This document shows positions 13,890-28,413 of a stretch of 64,000 nt of DNA, one piece after another. How positions within the stretch are numbered: the stretch's first letter is position 1; each line of letters starts with the position of its first letter. A program made the position numbers and the translations under genes. The stretch lies in NCBI GenBank assembly GCA_000320545.1, contig ADNK01001186.1:1-64000 (forward strand), given 5' to 3'. The notes under the pieces are model-generated. The model was not told where the DNA came from. It worked only from the letters and a program-made list of their open reading frames with translations, and did not search any database. This stretch comes from Bigelowiella natans CCMP2755 (Eukaryota; Protista; Cercozoa).

Positions 13890-14796
13890 GCGAGACGGAG
13901 GATGAGGAGGAGGAACCCAAGGACGGCGACGAGGAGGAAGAGAAGTTCTTGTGTTGTTGTCATCACCAAAGAAAGAGGAGTGGGGAGCAGCAGAGGAGCT
14001 GGCAGCACCCTCTAAAAGCGGCTGCCGCAGCATAGATTCCATCGTTGATTTAGGCTTTTCATTCCCCTCCCCCCCCCGCTCCTCGGGCTCTATCTCGGAA
14101 TACTCGGCAATGCGCTCGATGGCTACGAACTCCATCTCCGCGTTTGCGTACTGCCGAATGAAGGCATTGATGGCCCCGGGAAGCTGCAGCGCGTAGGTCA
14201 ACACGAGCGCAGCGGCTGCAGGCGACAAGGCTCCCGTCGAGGACTCGTACACGACCAAAACCGAGGCAAAAAGAACGAACACCGCCCCCATAGTTTCCAT
14301 GGCGCATGTCACCCACTGATTCGCTGCCCAGAAGGCTAATGCAACAACAGCGATGAAACACAACGACGACGACGACGACGACGACGACGATGATTTCTTT
14401 CATTTTTTCACCGACCAAATGCGGTGTGCATGCGTTTGGTTGGCGAAGAGGAATGAATGGGGGTAGGCGTGTGGGCCAAAATGCAGCCAGGACTGATATA
14501 TTTCCCCCCAACGCTTCTCCTCCTGCCCTAGCGCTTAAGTCCCATGCAAACAGGATGCAGTGTTTAAAGGTGTGGTGATGGGGTATGGTTAGCTACGAAA
14601 ACTGCGTAAAAATAGCGACTGGAACAGTACGACAATAGAATTTTCCGCGCGGTATCATTATTGATATCATCAGCATTACCGATGAAACTCCTCGCATTCA
14701 TGTTAAGGTGACTCAGGAACTCCGTCTCGAATATAGCCGTTGCACGATGAGCCTGTTGGTAGGAAGGCATTGTTTGGTTACTGTCATCCAGCATAT

Positions 14797-14859
<63 letters not shown>

Positions 14860-15751
14860 ATTCACACATACATACACTCACACACGCACTCATCACCGCC
14901 CCCAAGTCGCTGAATCAAATGCATGTGCGCAAGAAAGATACACATGGTCGTCGCCACTTGTCCTTGACTACAACTAGTTGAATGACCTGGATCACACACA
15001 TCCCTTGCACAACCTCACCAAAGAAACTAAGGACAGGAGCACGCAGCCTAGCGTCCAAGCGCCTCAGATCACGGGACCCCCAGCGATATCTCTCGGCAAC
15101 GACGTAGTAAGGAATGCCTAGCAGAGAGGGAGGGAGGGAGGGACGGAGGGAGGAGGAGAGGGCGAGGGATTACTACGATGACGACGCACGTAAGTCTCAG
15201 AAAGATCTGCTTTTCAGATGCATTCGGAGCAGGTGTTTGGGCGCATACACTCATCATACTCGCCAGTGTACCCAATGGGAAGACAAGGAGCAGCGCGTAC
15301 GGAACCGAGAACCCAATCACAACCACGACGCCCACGAATGAGAAGATTGAGTTGAGGGTATTGAACATCACGCCGGCCAGTGTTTCGTCGACCTTAGCAA
15401 TATCCGCCGTGAACCTGTTGTTACAACGAAGGAAGAGGGGGGGAAGGGGGGGGAGGGGGGAGGGTGACGAAGAAGGAGAAGAAATGAACGAAAAGAGAAG
15501 AAAGAAGTAAAAAATGGCTTGTTTAGCTAGAATATTGTTGGAAAATAATGGGAATCACTCTCTATTGACAACGTGCCTATCCCTAACCCCCTCCCCTCTT
15601 CAATCAGCGTAAAATCATCACCGATTTAAGCTTTTCCCCACAGGGTGACTATCGAAGAAGCTGAGCGGCGCGGCAAGGACGGAAGAAAGCATTTTGTCAT
15701 GGATTTGCCTGCTGGCCTTTATAGAGCCAAGTCCTGTATATAAATAAATAA

Positions 15752-15793
<42 letters not shown>

Positions 15794-15826
15794 GTGACGG
15801 AATTGGTGAGAATGACGATGACGATA

Positions 15827-15862
<36 letters not shown>

Positions 15863-16935
15863 GCGGTGGTGAAGATGACAGCAAGAGACGACAACTCATA
15901 CACAGCATTTTCTACACTTAGCATCACTTTTTCTCCTGATAATACATTAAACAACATTTGCATTGATAAACAATACACACACCCATTCTACGCTATTGTA
16001 CTCCTATTTTTCTTCCTCCTCCTCCTCCTCCTCCTCCTCCTCCTCCTTCTCCCCCTCCTCCTACTACTACTTCTACTACTGTAGCTACCCAACGATAGTC
16101 CCAGAAGGAGCTGCATGATCATTCCAGCAACTGCGAGAGCAGCAAAGACAAACACATAAATAAGCTTTGTTGTGTTCTTCGACGTCCAAATCGACAACCA
16201 AACTGTGGTCATGACTGTGCACGCCTGAGCGAGAGCTTGGCACAATAGGCTCACGCACGTAACTCCAACACCAAGACCCCTGATCATGATGCAGAACGGG
16301 GGGGAGGGGGGGGGGGGGAGGATGAGGAGGAGGAGGATGGAAGGAATGAATGCTGATGATAGTGCTGGTGGCCAAAAGTATTGTCAATACTTCTGTGACT
16401 ATTCAGGCGCGTCGATTTGGGATTTGGGATGTTCGCAAATCAAAACCGTTCTCACCTTAGATAAAACGCCACGTGCGACAAACGCAGCACACCCGAGGAA
16501 TCGTCATCGCCTTCCACTTGGAGCTGCTCCCTTTTGTCACCGCAGCCCATACTTGGATCCGGTGAATTCTGGGTGAATTCTTCTCCGCTGATCTCCTCCA
16601 GAGAGTGTCTCAGGGTGATGTTGTTGTAGGAGAGGGTGGAGGGGCGAGAAGAGCCGTCTTGGAATCCTGCTTGGTGTCCTTTCTCTCTTCCTTCTCCCCC
16701 CCCCTCCTTAGCGTTTTGCAGTGAAATCATTTTCTTTGACTCTCCTCCTCCTTTATTCGTCCCCGCTGGGGTTTCTCGACTTTCCCTCTTCTTCGTTGGG
16801 GTGATGGGTGCAGCAGAAGTAGTAGAGCTAGTGGCCATAACCCTAGTAATTGCACGCTCCATGTCTGTGTCATATGGCCCGAAAGCTACGCAGGACCTGA
16901 ACATAGCATCCACACCATCATCGTGTTTTCGTTGC

Positions 16936-16969
<34 letters not shown>

Positions 16970-18864
16970 GCTATCATCATTAGCAGCATCATCATTCATT
17001 TCATTGGCCACAGTAACAGCTGTTCTTCTTGTACGGTGTGCGCTACATATAGGCGGAAGGGGTGCGGCAGCTGCCAGTAGAAATACATCCCGCGTAACAT
17101 GAGCATGCATGGCCTCCCCTAGTTGAGACTGACCCATCTTGCGCCAGCACCAGCACTTTATCGACGAAGGGCGACCTTGCAAACTGGAGCTGGTGGGTCA
17201 CAACGACACGTGTCTTTCCTCTCAACACGCCGGCGACGCACTCGTGGAAGATGGTTCGCGCTACTTTGGCGTCCACGGCAGAGAGGACATCGTCGAGTAG
17301 GTATAGGTCGGAGTCGGAGTAGACTGCTCGTGCCAGCGCCACGCGCTGCCTTTGGCCCCCGCTCAATCTGCGCCCGCCCTCCCCAACGACGGTCCTATCG
17401 CGATGGGGGAGAGCCTTGATGTCTTTGATTAGCGCGCAGCTCTGCAGGGCCAGAAGATATCGCTGCTCGTCGTCGATGCATGGGAAGTAAGAGGAGGAAG
17501 AAGAAGAAGAAGAATACGACAAAGCACTAGCCGTTTGGTTGGATTGTGGGCCTCTTCTCCGACTATCTTTCAGCTCTTCAACGCGGCTTTCGCTGTTTCC
17601 TCGCCTTGCCCCTTTACTCCTCCTCCTCTTCTTTGATTCGAGGTGCAGCGTGCCGCAATTCGTTTCCCTGCGGTAGAACCGTGTGACGTTGTCGCGCACT
17701 GAGCGGTCTTCTAGCCATGGCTTTTGGCCAACGATCGTGATTTTTGGAGGACGGCGGTCACCATCGCGCATGCTGCTATTGCTGCCACCAACATAACAGT
17801 ATCTTCTTCCGGAGACTGTCGTCATGTCGCCCATCAAAGCGTGCAGCATTGACGATTTCCCGGCCCCGACTGGCCCGACGACTAACACGAGCTCTCCGCT
17901 CCTTATGCAGAAATTTAAGCGCTTCAGCGTCGCTGGCATTGATGACGGCCTCCCGACTAAAACTGCGTATGAATGACGTAGTTCTTCATCATTAACACTC
18001 TCTCACCACCACCATCATCATCATCGTCATCATCAGCATCATCACCATAGAGATGGCTCGCCTAGAACATCGATCGATCCATCATGCACCAGTAATGTCA
18101 GGCATTTTATGTTTTTCTCTCTTTCTAGTTTTCCCTTCTCGGTCGGTCGTTGGCACATTTACTACAACAACAATAACAACAACTACTACTACTACTACTA
18201 CTGCTGCTGCTACTACTACGACTACAACTACCTTTTCCTTCCCTCCCACCATCACCACCATCATCACCATAGCCGTCTTCGTTATCGGCTATATCTTCGT
18301 TCTCCCTCCTCGTTTGCTTTCCTTCACCCTCTCGCTTCTCGCTGTTCTTTCTGCCTAGAAGCGAAGAATCTGGTCGATTCCAGGAAAGAGAGCACATCTC
18401 GAATCCTAGCGTCAACAACGCCTTGTTATCATGGGCACCGCTGGCACCACTCGTCGTGGATACTTCATGTGTTGTAGCCGTCGGGTTGTGTGGGAGCTCT
18501 CTCGGCGGCGCGCTCTCCTTCTGCGGTAACAGCGAAGATGATGATTCGGCCTCGGGGAGGAGTAGGAAATCCTTTAAGCGTGAGAGAGAGATCGAAGCAT
18601 CAATGCTGCCTCGAACAAGCCAGGCCAAGCCCGTCAGAGAGGTCTTGAGACGGTCAAACCAGATGATTGCCGTGAATGCTGTTGCTGGGGAGAGGGGCCG
18701 GTCGGTTGTCAGCGAGTAGGAGACGAACGCGAGCACAATCGTCATGATCGGGCCCGCCTGGCTGACGAGGTAATTGAACATGTTAAGCACTATCTTGTAC
18801 CACTGCAGGGTCAGCTCTTCCTGAGAATTGTGATGGTGGTAGCGGTGATGACGATGACGATGAC

Positions 18865-18901
<37 letters not shown>

Positions 18902-21800
18902 TTAACGAAGCATAGAGCACGTTCAAACAGAAAGAAAAAAATAAAACGTGCCGTGGCAATTTCTTGCCGATGATTACAAGATACCTCACGAATTTCGCTG
19001 GAACGCCTCTGAATCCAACCCTCCAATCTCAACAGCTTCGACACAAGAACAGCATTGAGAAATTGGCCGAGCAGCCCTGTCCGCAAATCGCGCTGGTGCA
19101 TGATTCCCTTTGTTAGCGTTCCCTGCCTCTTTGCAAGACAGTACCCGACAGGGACGAGCACTATCACAAGCATCGCTCCGACCAAGCCTGATGGCCCCAG
19201 GAGCGAGAAGAGGAAGTACACCGACACCATGAACTACCCACACACACACACACACACGTGCACACACACACACACATCAAATAAACAATTAAATAATACC
19301 TAGGTGCATATGAGGAGTGATGATGATGATGATGGATTAGCAGACTACTGCTTCAATGTTGGATTTAGGTTTAAATTCCAGCTACCACGAAACTGTTTTT
19401 AAGAAGGCAAAAGAAAGACGACTGGGATAGATAGCGGGGAGAAGAAGTCGTGGCCATCACATCAACACATTCACGCAGTCTCCTACCTGAATGGCCGCTG
19501 ACCACGAATTCCAATGAAACGACGCGATAAGGTAAGATTCCGCAATGCGCGCAGCATCTAAAGATAGAAAGCTCGTAAGCTTTCCAAAGCTCAACGTTCG
19601 TCTCTCCGATGGCCTGACGTGGCACAGCTTGTGCATTACAGCAGCAGAAAGGGCTAGACGCGTGTGAAAGACGCCGCGTGTGCTGACCATCCACATGCTG
19701 TGTAGGCATAGGCTGGAGACGATTGAGGCGGCGAAGAAGCCGAAGGCCAGGTGGTAGTTCCAGAACGATGATGACGACTGACGGTCGGGGAAGGAAAAGT
19801 CATGGGAGGAATCGATAATATAAGTCATTCATGAGGAGGAGGAGGAGGAGGAGGAGGATGGGAGTGATGTTGTGAATTGGGTGATGATGACAACGACAAC
19901 GGTGATGATGATAATGACGATATTGATGAGACACTACCGTTTGTTGTCGTTGTAGATTTTCGAGGAGCTTGTTGAAAATGATGGGAACGGTGAGATTGGC
20001 CGCCAAGCTAGCTAGCTGCAAGGCTGCAGAGCCCCAAAACCTTCCCTTTACCAGTAGGTACAGGGTGTTTACGAGTGATGGATCACGCTCCTCTTCCTCT
20101 GCGCGAGAGACCTCCAAGCGCCATATTCCTACAAAATTGAAGGCGGGGAGGGAGTCAATAGTCTATAGTTACGTTGATAAATATTCTAAATAGAGAAGTA
20201 GCTGCTTACGTTGGAATTCTTGATGCACTCTCTTCGAATCGTCGCATTCACTGCGCTGCGGCAGGTCCGCAGCCCATATCCGTCCTTTTTGGTAAGCTTT
20301 GTTAAGAGTCGGGTAAATCCAGCAGAACATGATTACGCTGAATACACTCGCTGAATCTTCCCCTCCACGCCCTTTTGCTCCTCCCATTTTCCTATCGGCT
20401 CTTCCGCTCCTGCCGTAGTCTTTGTTGAAGTCGTCATCATTGATGTCGCGGCCTTTCCCTATCCTGGCCATCTTTCCCCCATCCTCGTGAGCGTCGTTTG
20501 CGACTACAGATCGCAGTGCCTCTTTTTTGCTGCTACTCATGCTGCTGCGAATCTCACGCTGGGGCTGTGAGGGCATCATCGCATCTGTCCTGCCGCTGGG
20601 TTCATCATCGACCCCTCTTTCAAGTTTTATTGCAACGACAACAGGGTGGCAGCATAGTAGGAACATCGATGCGACCAACGCGGCAGCATGTACTGCTATC
20701 GCCATTCCCATAACAATTAGTGGCGGCATTCCGTCGATGTCACGGTTTTCATCTTGGGGTGAGGCTAGGCGCACTGAGAGGCCGTGAATGCGGATTGCAG
20801 CGATCACAATGTTAGCCGGGAACCAAAACCACCGTGTTGATCCTGTGTATTTGTTTTATGCGTTGGTACAGATGTTAAGCGCTTTTTATCAGAATTCTAA
20901 TAATTAGTAGAAGAAGAATGAAAAGGAGGTAATTGAACTGGTTCCGACGGGGATTGGTAGAAGTTGCGTATGATTAACACACATAGTGTGTAAGGAGATG
21001 AAAGAGATAGAATAATGTAACTTACTGACAAACAACCTGAAAAGAGGTCAGCAGAAGCAATGAGCCACGCAAATGAAAACAGGGAATATGTCCAAATCAT
21101 CGTCTCTCTGGGAAATGAGGATGGCACTCGGCCATCTAGAGTGACCAATACCACCAACACCTGAATCAAAACATCGTCCGTAATGCGGAAACCGATCGAT
21201 ATATCTCTTGATTTCATATCGGTGTGACAATTCTTCTATTGGTGCACGTACCACAGAGAGGCATGCGACCATGATGTTTACCAGGAAAGACGCTATGACC
21301 TGAGTCAAACACGCGTACCATCATATCATCATCGAAAATCTCTATAGTTCAAACACACTGATTTATTGTGTATGCAAATTTTGTAAGTTAAATTAATGAG
21401 CCACTTTCGAGGAGGAGCATCGTTCCAGGGAACATATAGCTGTTGCCGTCCTTTGCGTTCTCCCCTTCTCTTCATCGATGTCTTCGTCTTGCTCAAGACG
21501 TTGATAGTTTCCTCTTCCAGTAGCACTCTTCCGTATTCTATCCCAACCATAACGAGTAACCCAGAGAGAACAAGAGGGTGGACAAAAAAGAGATCACCTG
21601 TTGAGAATGGAGACAAGAGCTCCCAGGCTTGCCAGAGCGGCAGGAACAGCAACAATGTAGACCAGTTCCAGGCATAGCGGTATCGCAACCTTCTCTGACG
21701 GATGATCGCTCTGACCTTTCCCAGAGCAGATCCCAGTAAACATCAAATACCTCCTCTGCCCCCACTAACTACAGTGAGAGCTCCATTGTTGCAATCCACC
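12304..21800 (-). CDS. ABC transporter subfamily C (MRP-like, TMD0-TMD1-NBD1-TMD2-NBD2); multi-exon, 5' end approximate
   Basis: L0 segment [22 protein letters not shown]; TMD1 exons; NBD1 [47 protein letters not shown]; TMD2 [13 protein letters not shown]; NBD2 [59 protein letters not shown]. Confidence 0.93.
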
Positions 21801-22043
21801 CGGCCCTGAGAAAATGCTCGGAAAGTTATACGTCGAATCACCGGAACCACTGCGACAACAACAACAACAACAACAACAAATTATGATTTCCAGGACAAGT
21901 TTATCTCCTAGGAAATAATACCCGGAAGGATCTAAATATAGATCGAATTGGAAACAGACAAATAAAACGGCGAACAACAACAAAACAATATCGCGGCCTG
22001 TAGATCTACTGGAATCTTCCCATTTTGCATTTTCGTCAGGTAG

Positions 22044-23981
22044 TGGCGCAAGTCACTGGTCGCAACCCGTAAAACCACGGTAAAAACTCACCAAGAAAGC
22101 AAGGAAGTGCTCCATTGCGGAATGCGAAGGTTGAATCCAGGAGCACGGATCAGCTCGTACGTAGTTGGGGCACATTTGCACTGCTATTTACGTCGTCGTC
22201 ATGGACAAAATGCGTGTCGTTCAGTCATAAATGAATGCGATTCGTCTGGAACATAGGTGTGTTCTATGAGAGCGTCTGCAGCAATCCATACAACCCAAAG
22301 AGTTCCCCCCTCCCACCCCTATTTTCCACCATCTAACCGCCCTGTTATCGAAACGAAACGGGTCCACACAAATATGATTTTTTAGGCATCTCTTCACAAC
22401 TTTTTTTGGTTTTTGCAGCAATACTATGCTAATGCTTGATGCTTACACCGGAAGTGTCAAGAAGGCCACGCTCAGCACCGTGGGGCATGTGGTAGATGCA
22501 TTCGCCAACAATAGTGGGGAAATGAGAGGCATCATCACGGAGGGAGAAGAGAACAGCCGGTTCGACCCTGAAACAGTGGTTAGGACACCTGCATAAAAAT
22601 AATACAAAGGAACCAAAAGCATAACGCCTTACTGTATTTTCGTGTTTGAACGCTGTTAATCATTTATCTTCGTCCCCCTCTTCTGATAGGTTGTTAACAT
22701 TGTACACGGCGAATTCTTCGCGGGCCATGGTTATGTCGTAGGCCCCAGTCAGCGTATCACATTTAGCAAGTAATTGGTTCAACAATGCCGCGACTAATAC
22801 GTCGTATCCCAAGCAGAAGAAATACGATTCGTATTACTGTACTTAGGGTCATGTGTGTAGCCTCTTCAAGTAAATTAAAAACGAAGAATTCGTTCTTCCT
22901 CTTTTCATTTCACAGAAAACAGCATAAGTATTCGAAAATTTGTCATATCCACAAAATCGCCTTTTGTTGCTGTCACGCACGACATAGATATCTACATCTT
23001 CGAGATGTTAGTGACATGTTCGGGTCGGAGGATGAGGTGCTCTTGTACCGGGAAAATAGGACAAAGAGAGAAAGTGGAAGACGTAGGTGTGTGTGTTTAA
23101 GTGAGGTAGAGAGAAAGGGCGAGAGAGAGGGGGGGAGAAAGCGAGAGAGATAGTGGGGGGGGGGGGGAGGGGGGGAGAGATTCGTGACAACCAACTCCAT
23201 CATAGTTATAATGACCGCCAACACCCTCATCAAAACATCTTAGCAACAACGAAAGTTAATCATTCCACAACGGATATCATATAACTCATGATGGTCGTCA
23301 GGCAAACACACCAACTTCAAATACATCGAGGAATGCCAGTTTGGAGAGCGAACGAGCCCTTGGAAGTTACTCTTGGAGCCCTTTCCTTGGTAAATGTTGG
23401 TACCAGAACACCCACCTACGGCGTCATCGTAGCGGAAAACAACGGAATATTGGTAGTAGTGACAACTAATCCTGATGCTGTTCCAACAGAAAGAACAAGG
23501 AGTGTTTTCATTAAATAGTAATAATCATCGTTGTCATCATCATCGGTTGCAGCCGCAGCAGATTCCAGAGGATTGGACTCCGTTCAGACTTACGGTTACA
23601 TTAATTGTTAGGAACAACCACACAATCCATAGTGCTACAGAGAAAATCTAGCAATAGAAAATGAAAGATGTTGATGATGCACTACGATGATGATGATAAT
23701 GATAGCTCCAAAGGAAGCTAATCAAGCCCTTCCTCCCCCCCTCCCTCGGATGTGATTTTCTTACCAAGAGCAAGGAAGCACTCCAGCTGATGGCCACTCC
23801 TCGCAAACCTCCCCTTCCTCCTCTTCCTCCTTTGCATTTTGTGCTTCACCATTTGCAGGATATGTCGAAGACGCTGGCGGAGCTCACAAAGGACAGTGCT
23901 GACAGCCACCAGCTCTCGGTACTTCTTTTTAGATGTAGCAGCGTGCTAGTAGGTAGTGGCCACTAACAGCAGTCGTAGTAA

Positions 23982-24015
<34 letters not shown>

Positions 24016-25226
24016 TGATTTCGCATGACTTCTGCTGCTACTATTACTATAGCGCTTTATTAATATCATCACATAGTGGTGAAATTACCAGCATCACCCT
24101 CTAGTCCAGGTAGACGCATAAAGGAAAGCAGAGCGTGGCTTTGTCACAATCATAAATGTATTTAAATCGAGTCGTACACTAATTTGGAAAAACTTTCCTC
24201 GGTCACAATTCTCCTCCTCCATCTGTCACCGTGGCTCTCCCTCCGCCAATCCCCCCCCTTTTCCTCTCATTCATCCTGCTCTGCAATGCAATAGTTAATG
24301 GTGGAGCACGTGAAAGCACGACGTAGTAAAGGATTGCCTTGGTCAAACCAAGTCTGGATGAAGGATATGAAGGTGGTAGATGCTGTCGATATATTTCTGT
24401 CAGGCAGCTGCAGTGGCCGGAGTCTTCTTCTTCTTCTTTTTCTTCTTCTTCTTCTTTTCCCCGTCCTTCGCTCTCTTCCTCCTCCTCCCTCCCCCTCTTT
24501 TGATAGCATTTAATGGAACGCAGTACTGATTACCACTGTATTTCTTATCATATTTTTCTTCGATTTTGTTATGTGTTAGGTATGGGATCTAGTTGAGGTG
24601 AGGGTGGGGAGAAACTCATGGTGTGAGGTCCAGATCTTATCGATGGAGTCATCGGGGAAACACGCTGAATTTTACGTCTGTCCTGTCGGCTCGAGCGGGT
24701 TGTCCCTCCACATCATCACTCTATTGTCGATCTACCTCATCAAACATACTTTTGGAAAAAAAATCGAACATTACCACGCAGCTATTCCTCTGTATGAGTA
24801 ATGGCCGATGGTCATTGATTTGCAAAACCTGCATTGCGCACATCACACTATGGTGACTATGAAAATGCTGATGCGAATGATAAACGGTATTGTTGGTGGT
24901 GGAAATGATGCAGAGACTGCAGCAGGAAAGACTGCTTTTGGGCGTCAACCCTATACGGTCGTGTGAGCCCTCTTGGGAGCAACAACACGACACCGCTGCC
25001 ATATCTTGAGTGCTTCTGCAGGGCCAGTAGCAGCCTTAGTAGTGGACATCGAAGATGTGATTGTGAGTCTCACAATCGACGAATACAGGAGAAAACGGTA
25101 GTAGTAGTCGTAGTAGTAGTAGTAGTAACAGTAGTCGTAGTAGTAACAGTGGTAGTGGTAGTAGTAGTTGTTGTTGTAGTGGCAGGGGTGGTAGTACCAA
25201 AAAAAAAAGAAAGCTGTTCGATGCCA

Positions 25227-25284
<58 letters not shown>

Positions 25285-26496
25285 GCCCCGTTCCCCCTGT
25301 GCTATGATCCTACTGGCCTTGCCTTCTTGCTTTGGCGTTAAAGCTAATGATAGTGATGAAGTAGCAAGCACCAAATCAATATCAGTGCCCTAATCCTGAT
25401 TGAATAAGACGAAGCGCGAGAAAAAAATTAATAAAACACACACGCAAAACAAAAAACGGATGCACATGTTCGTATTCCCAACACCACCTAGCTCCTCCTG
25501 ATGCAGTTACTACTACTCTTGCAATGAGGTTTTCCCACGTTTCGTCACCAGAAACCATTCCCATTACCGTTACACATGACGAACATCATCCCCATCGCCA
25601 CGATATGACCAACAGGTACATCGTTACCGCATCATGGCAAGTGCAACGTCAATCCCTCGCAGTAGCATAGCATACGCCAAGTGCGCTCTTGGGCTAGCTT
25701 CTGCGCATGGCATTGGAGGGGTGCGGCGGGATGAAAAGGCAGCCGTTCAGCTCTACACAGAGGCTGCGGTGCTGGGCCAACCTCGAGCAGAATACTTGCT
25801 TGCAAGATGCTACGAGGCTGGATTTGTGGTGTCGAAAGACTGCTCCCAGGCCCTTCAGTGGTTTCAAAAGGCGGCAAGGAATGGCAGGGCTTGCGAGGCG
25901 ACCAAGCGTTCAGCTATGCGCTCCCTTTCCCAGCGCTACGTCGACTTCTAGAAGGTGAGCTGCACAACCAGCAACTGCATTGCATTTCTCTCGCTATGAT
26001 AAAAAGAGCTGTCCTGCTACTGCATTGAGGTGTGCCGCAGAGGGGCCACAGGAGATAGAAAAGGAGGGAGGGGGAGACAAATTCACTTGTTCTTTTTTAA
26101 GAATTGAATTGTGAGGTGCGGGCAGGTTGTGATATCGCCGACGTAGGTCCATAACGTGTTAGCTATGATGCTTCTTTCTCTTGAAGCGCCTACTGCCTCA
26201 TAGCCACCTAAACGTATCGGACGTAAGAAGAGGCAACAATGTGAAAAATTAAAGGCACTAGAGTTATTGTTAGCACCTGTGATCAGGTACAAAAAGTGCT
26301 TGAGCGCGATTTAAGCCAATTGTGGATGCTGCATACCACGCTGTTAAACGAAGCGCTGTTTCCTATGAAAAGTTCTGACCGTCCTCGAACGCCCAGAGGA
26401 AGGCCCTTCTGTAATCTCACAGAAGAACAAAAACTAAAACGCAGCCTCAAAAATCGGTCGAAAAGACGCTTCACAAAGTGCGGCATCATCACGTGA
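22044..26496 (+). CDS. Multi-exon protein with C-terminal Sel1-like repeats; N-terminal part of unknown family, and joining of the upstream exons is tentative
   Basis: 25634-25951 holds clear Sel1 repeats (AKCALGLASAHGIGGVRRDEKAAVQLYTEAAVLGQPRAEYLLARCYEAGFVVSKDCSQALQWFQKAA). Phase-compatible GT-AG exons at about 22044-22156, 22419-22578 and 22691-22730; a further GT-AG-bounded candidate exon at about 23859-23918; last exon ends at TGA 26496. Confidence 0.55.
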
Positions 26497-26731
26497 TAAG
26501 CACAAATCGTTGTATTTATTTTGAAACATGATGATACTGCTACGAAATCTGTATTTCTCATACAAACTGCACTAGAAGAAACACATGCACCCTCTCAATT
26601 CTTCATCCATGCATAAAAGCATAGCACAACATACATAAGAGAACTCTCCCACGCGCGCACACAAATAATTACAATTCTCCATCAAATGTAATACAGAAAT
26701 ACGTTGAGTATTATATCTATTATTACTATCA

Positions 26732-26775
26732 TTCTGCTTATTAATATTATGAGTTCTGCTTATTAATATTATGAG
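26732..26775 (+). repeat. 22-bp tandem duplication plus (TAA)n in the 3' flank
   Basis: ttctgcttattaatattatgag x2, followed by (aat)n. Confidence 0.9.
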
Positions 26776-26780
26776 TAATG

Positions 26781-26811
<31 letters not shown>

Positions 26812-26939
26812 TAATGGTGCAATGAGTCTCATTTTCCCTAAAAACCTGTAAGGTATACCTTGGCAGAATCTGAGGTCAATGATGGGGTTACTCGTTGCCA
26901 AACTGGGGAAGATGGATATGGTCGCAGCAACAACGATGA

Positions 26940-27670
26940 TGTCGCTGTCATGATTGCAAGAGATGTTAGCGACTCCTCACGATGTCTAAAGGCAAACTGT
27001 TGTTCAGTCGTTTAACAGTAACCGTAACAGTGGCAGTAACGTGTCGTAAGTTTGTTTGTGTCCAGAGAGGAATAGCCCTGCCCCGATAAGAAAGACGCTC
27101 GTGCACCGTATCGCAGGCAACAACAATACGTGTTACGCGTCGTACACACATATAGCGTTGTTGTTTCATAAGTCTCTTGACATTGAATCGAGACTCATAA
27201 ATATATGGCTCACAAAACCTGCTGGTACGCCGTACGTATGACGTGCTAGATCTCACAATTATTATTAGGCAACTTGCGTGTACCGTGTGTACGTAATTAC
27301 GTGCTAGCACATGCTTCAACATCGTAGCGTATGTACATAGGCGATACACACACACAAAAACAAACGCACATAGACACAAACACGCTTACTTACTTCCCGG
27401 CTACGACCAAATACAATCATTCTACACAGCGCAGGGATGACAATTCTGTTGCATGTACACAAGTGACGTCGATCATTGTGCACCACTGCTAGACCAGCCT
27501 AGCAGCGTGTCGTAGCACATATACGCATCATCAGAAACAACACATAAGATCCGATTGGCGTACAAATGCCCCATCATGCATCGCAGCAGCATGACAATTG
27601 CAGCATCGTTCGTTGAACTTAGAATGTACTCACGAACATTGTGGCACGTTGTTCAAATAGACGACCGGTA
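26940..27670. other. Partially TpA-depleted island 3, between the convergent Sel1 and Tctex-1 3' ends
   Basis: Enriched in gctag, cacgt, gcatg and cgtacg; TA is reduced but not absent. Confidence 0.55.
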
Positions 27671-28041
27671 TCGTATACATGAAACAAAACTCATCTGAGA
27701 ATTTAAAGATCACAGCTTTTTGGATTTCACATTGAATCTAGAACAATATCTACATTGATTATTATTTCCTACATTTCATCATGCTATCTAGTAGAGATGA
27801 ACAACTAGTCGTGAATTTTATCGCAAGAGAAGTACTAGATACTAAACACCGAACTCTTTGTGAGGTTACAAGCAATTGAAATAGCTTGCTGTGAAAGACG
27901 CTTCCTTGACTCTATTTTAATAGCTGTCACAAGTAAAAACTATTGAATAATTGTTCTTTTTACTCTATAAGGTGCGAGAAACAATAGAAATAGTTAGCTG
28001 GTTTCATCATATTTTTCATCTTCCAGTACGAGAATAGATAA

Positions 28042-28413
28042 CTAAAGCTCTTCTTCCTGGTCTACATGCATCGAGTATGCAAAAATGGTGACAAATGCAG
28101 CTATACTTCCAGGAGCTCGGATTTTTTTGGGGTATTGAATCGATATCGTCTCGTCATTATTTTTATCCCAGTAGGAGGCTGATGCTGTATGTATCCCATG
28201 CCCTGTCCTTTGTATTATTGTGCACGTCGCGCTGAATTTAAACGCCTTATCAGCTCCTAGAGTATCAAGCTTAGCCATAGTTTTTTCAAGTATCGAATTA
28301 ATCCATTTTGGTGTCTTCCTCTCTTCAAACCGCTTGTCTTTAAGTTCATCACTAACAATCTGATACACTTCCTCCGCAACTTTGCCCTTGGCCCAGACGA
28401 AATCTTCGGACAT
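28042..28413 (-). CDS. DYNLT: Dynein light chain Tctex-1 family, intronless
   Basis: 123-aa ORF with Tctex-1 pattern KWINSILEKTMAKL..FKFSATCTIIQRTGHGIHTASASYWDKNND. Confidence 0.92.
   Translation of the reverse strand: MSEDFVWAKGKVAEEVYQIVSDELKDKRFEERKTPKWINSILEKTMAKLDTLGADKAFKFSATCTIIQRTGHGIHTASASYWDKNNDETISIQYPKKIRAPGSIAAFVTIFAYSMHVDQEEEL

Noticed and set aside
22968-23075. ADP-ribosyltransferase-like motif (DVSDMFGSEDEVLL, with LHCGM and LSTV upstream)
   Set aside because: Canonical splice phase from the previous exon selects another frame (DIYIFEMLV), and the catalytic Arg of the YRG motif is absent.
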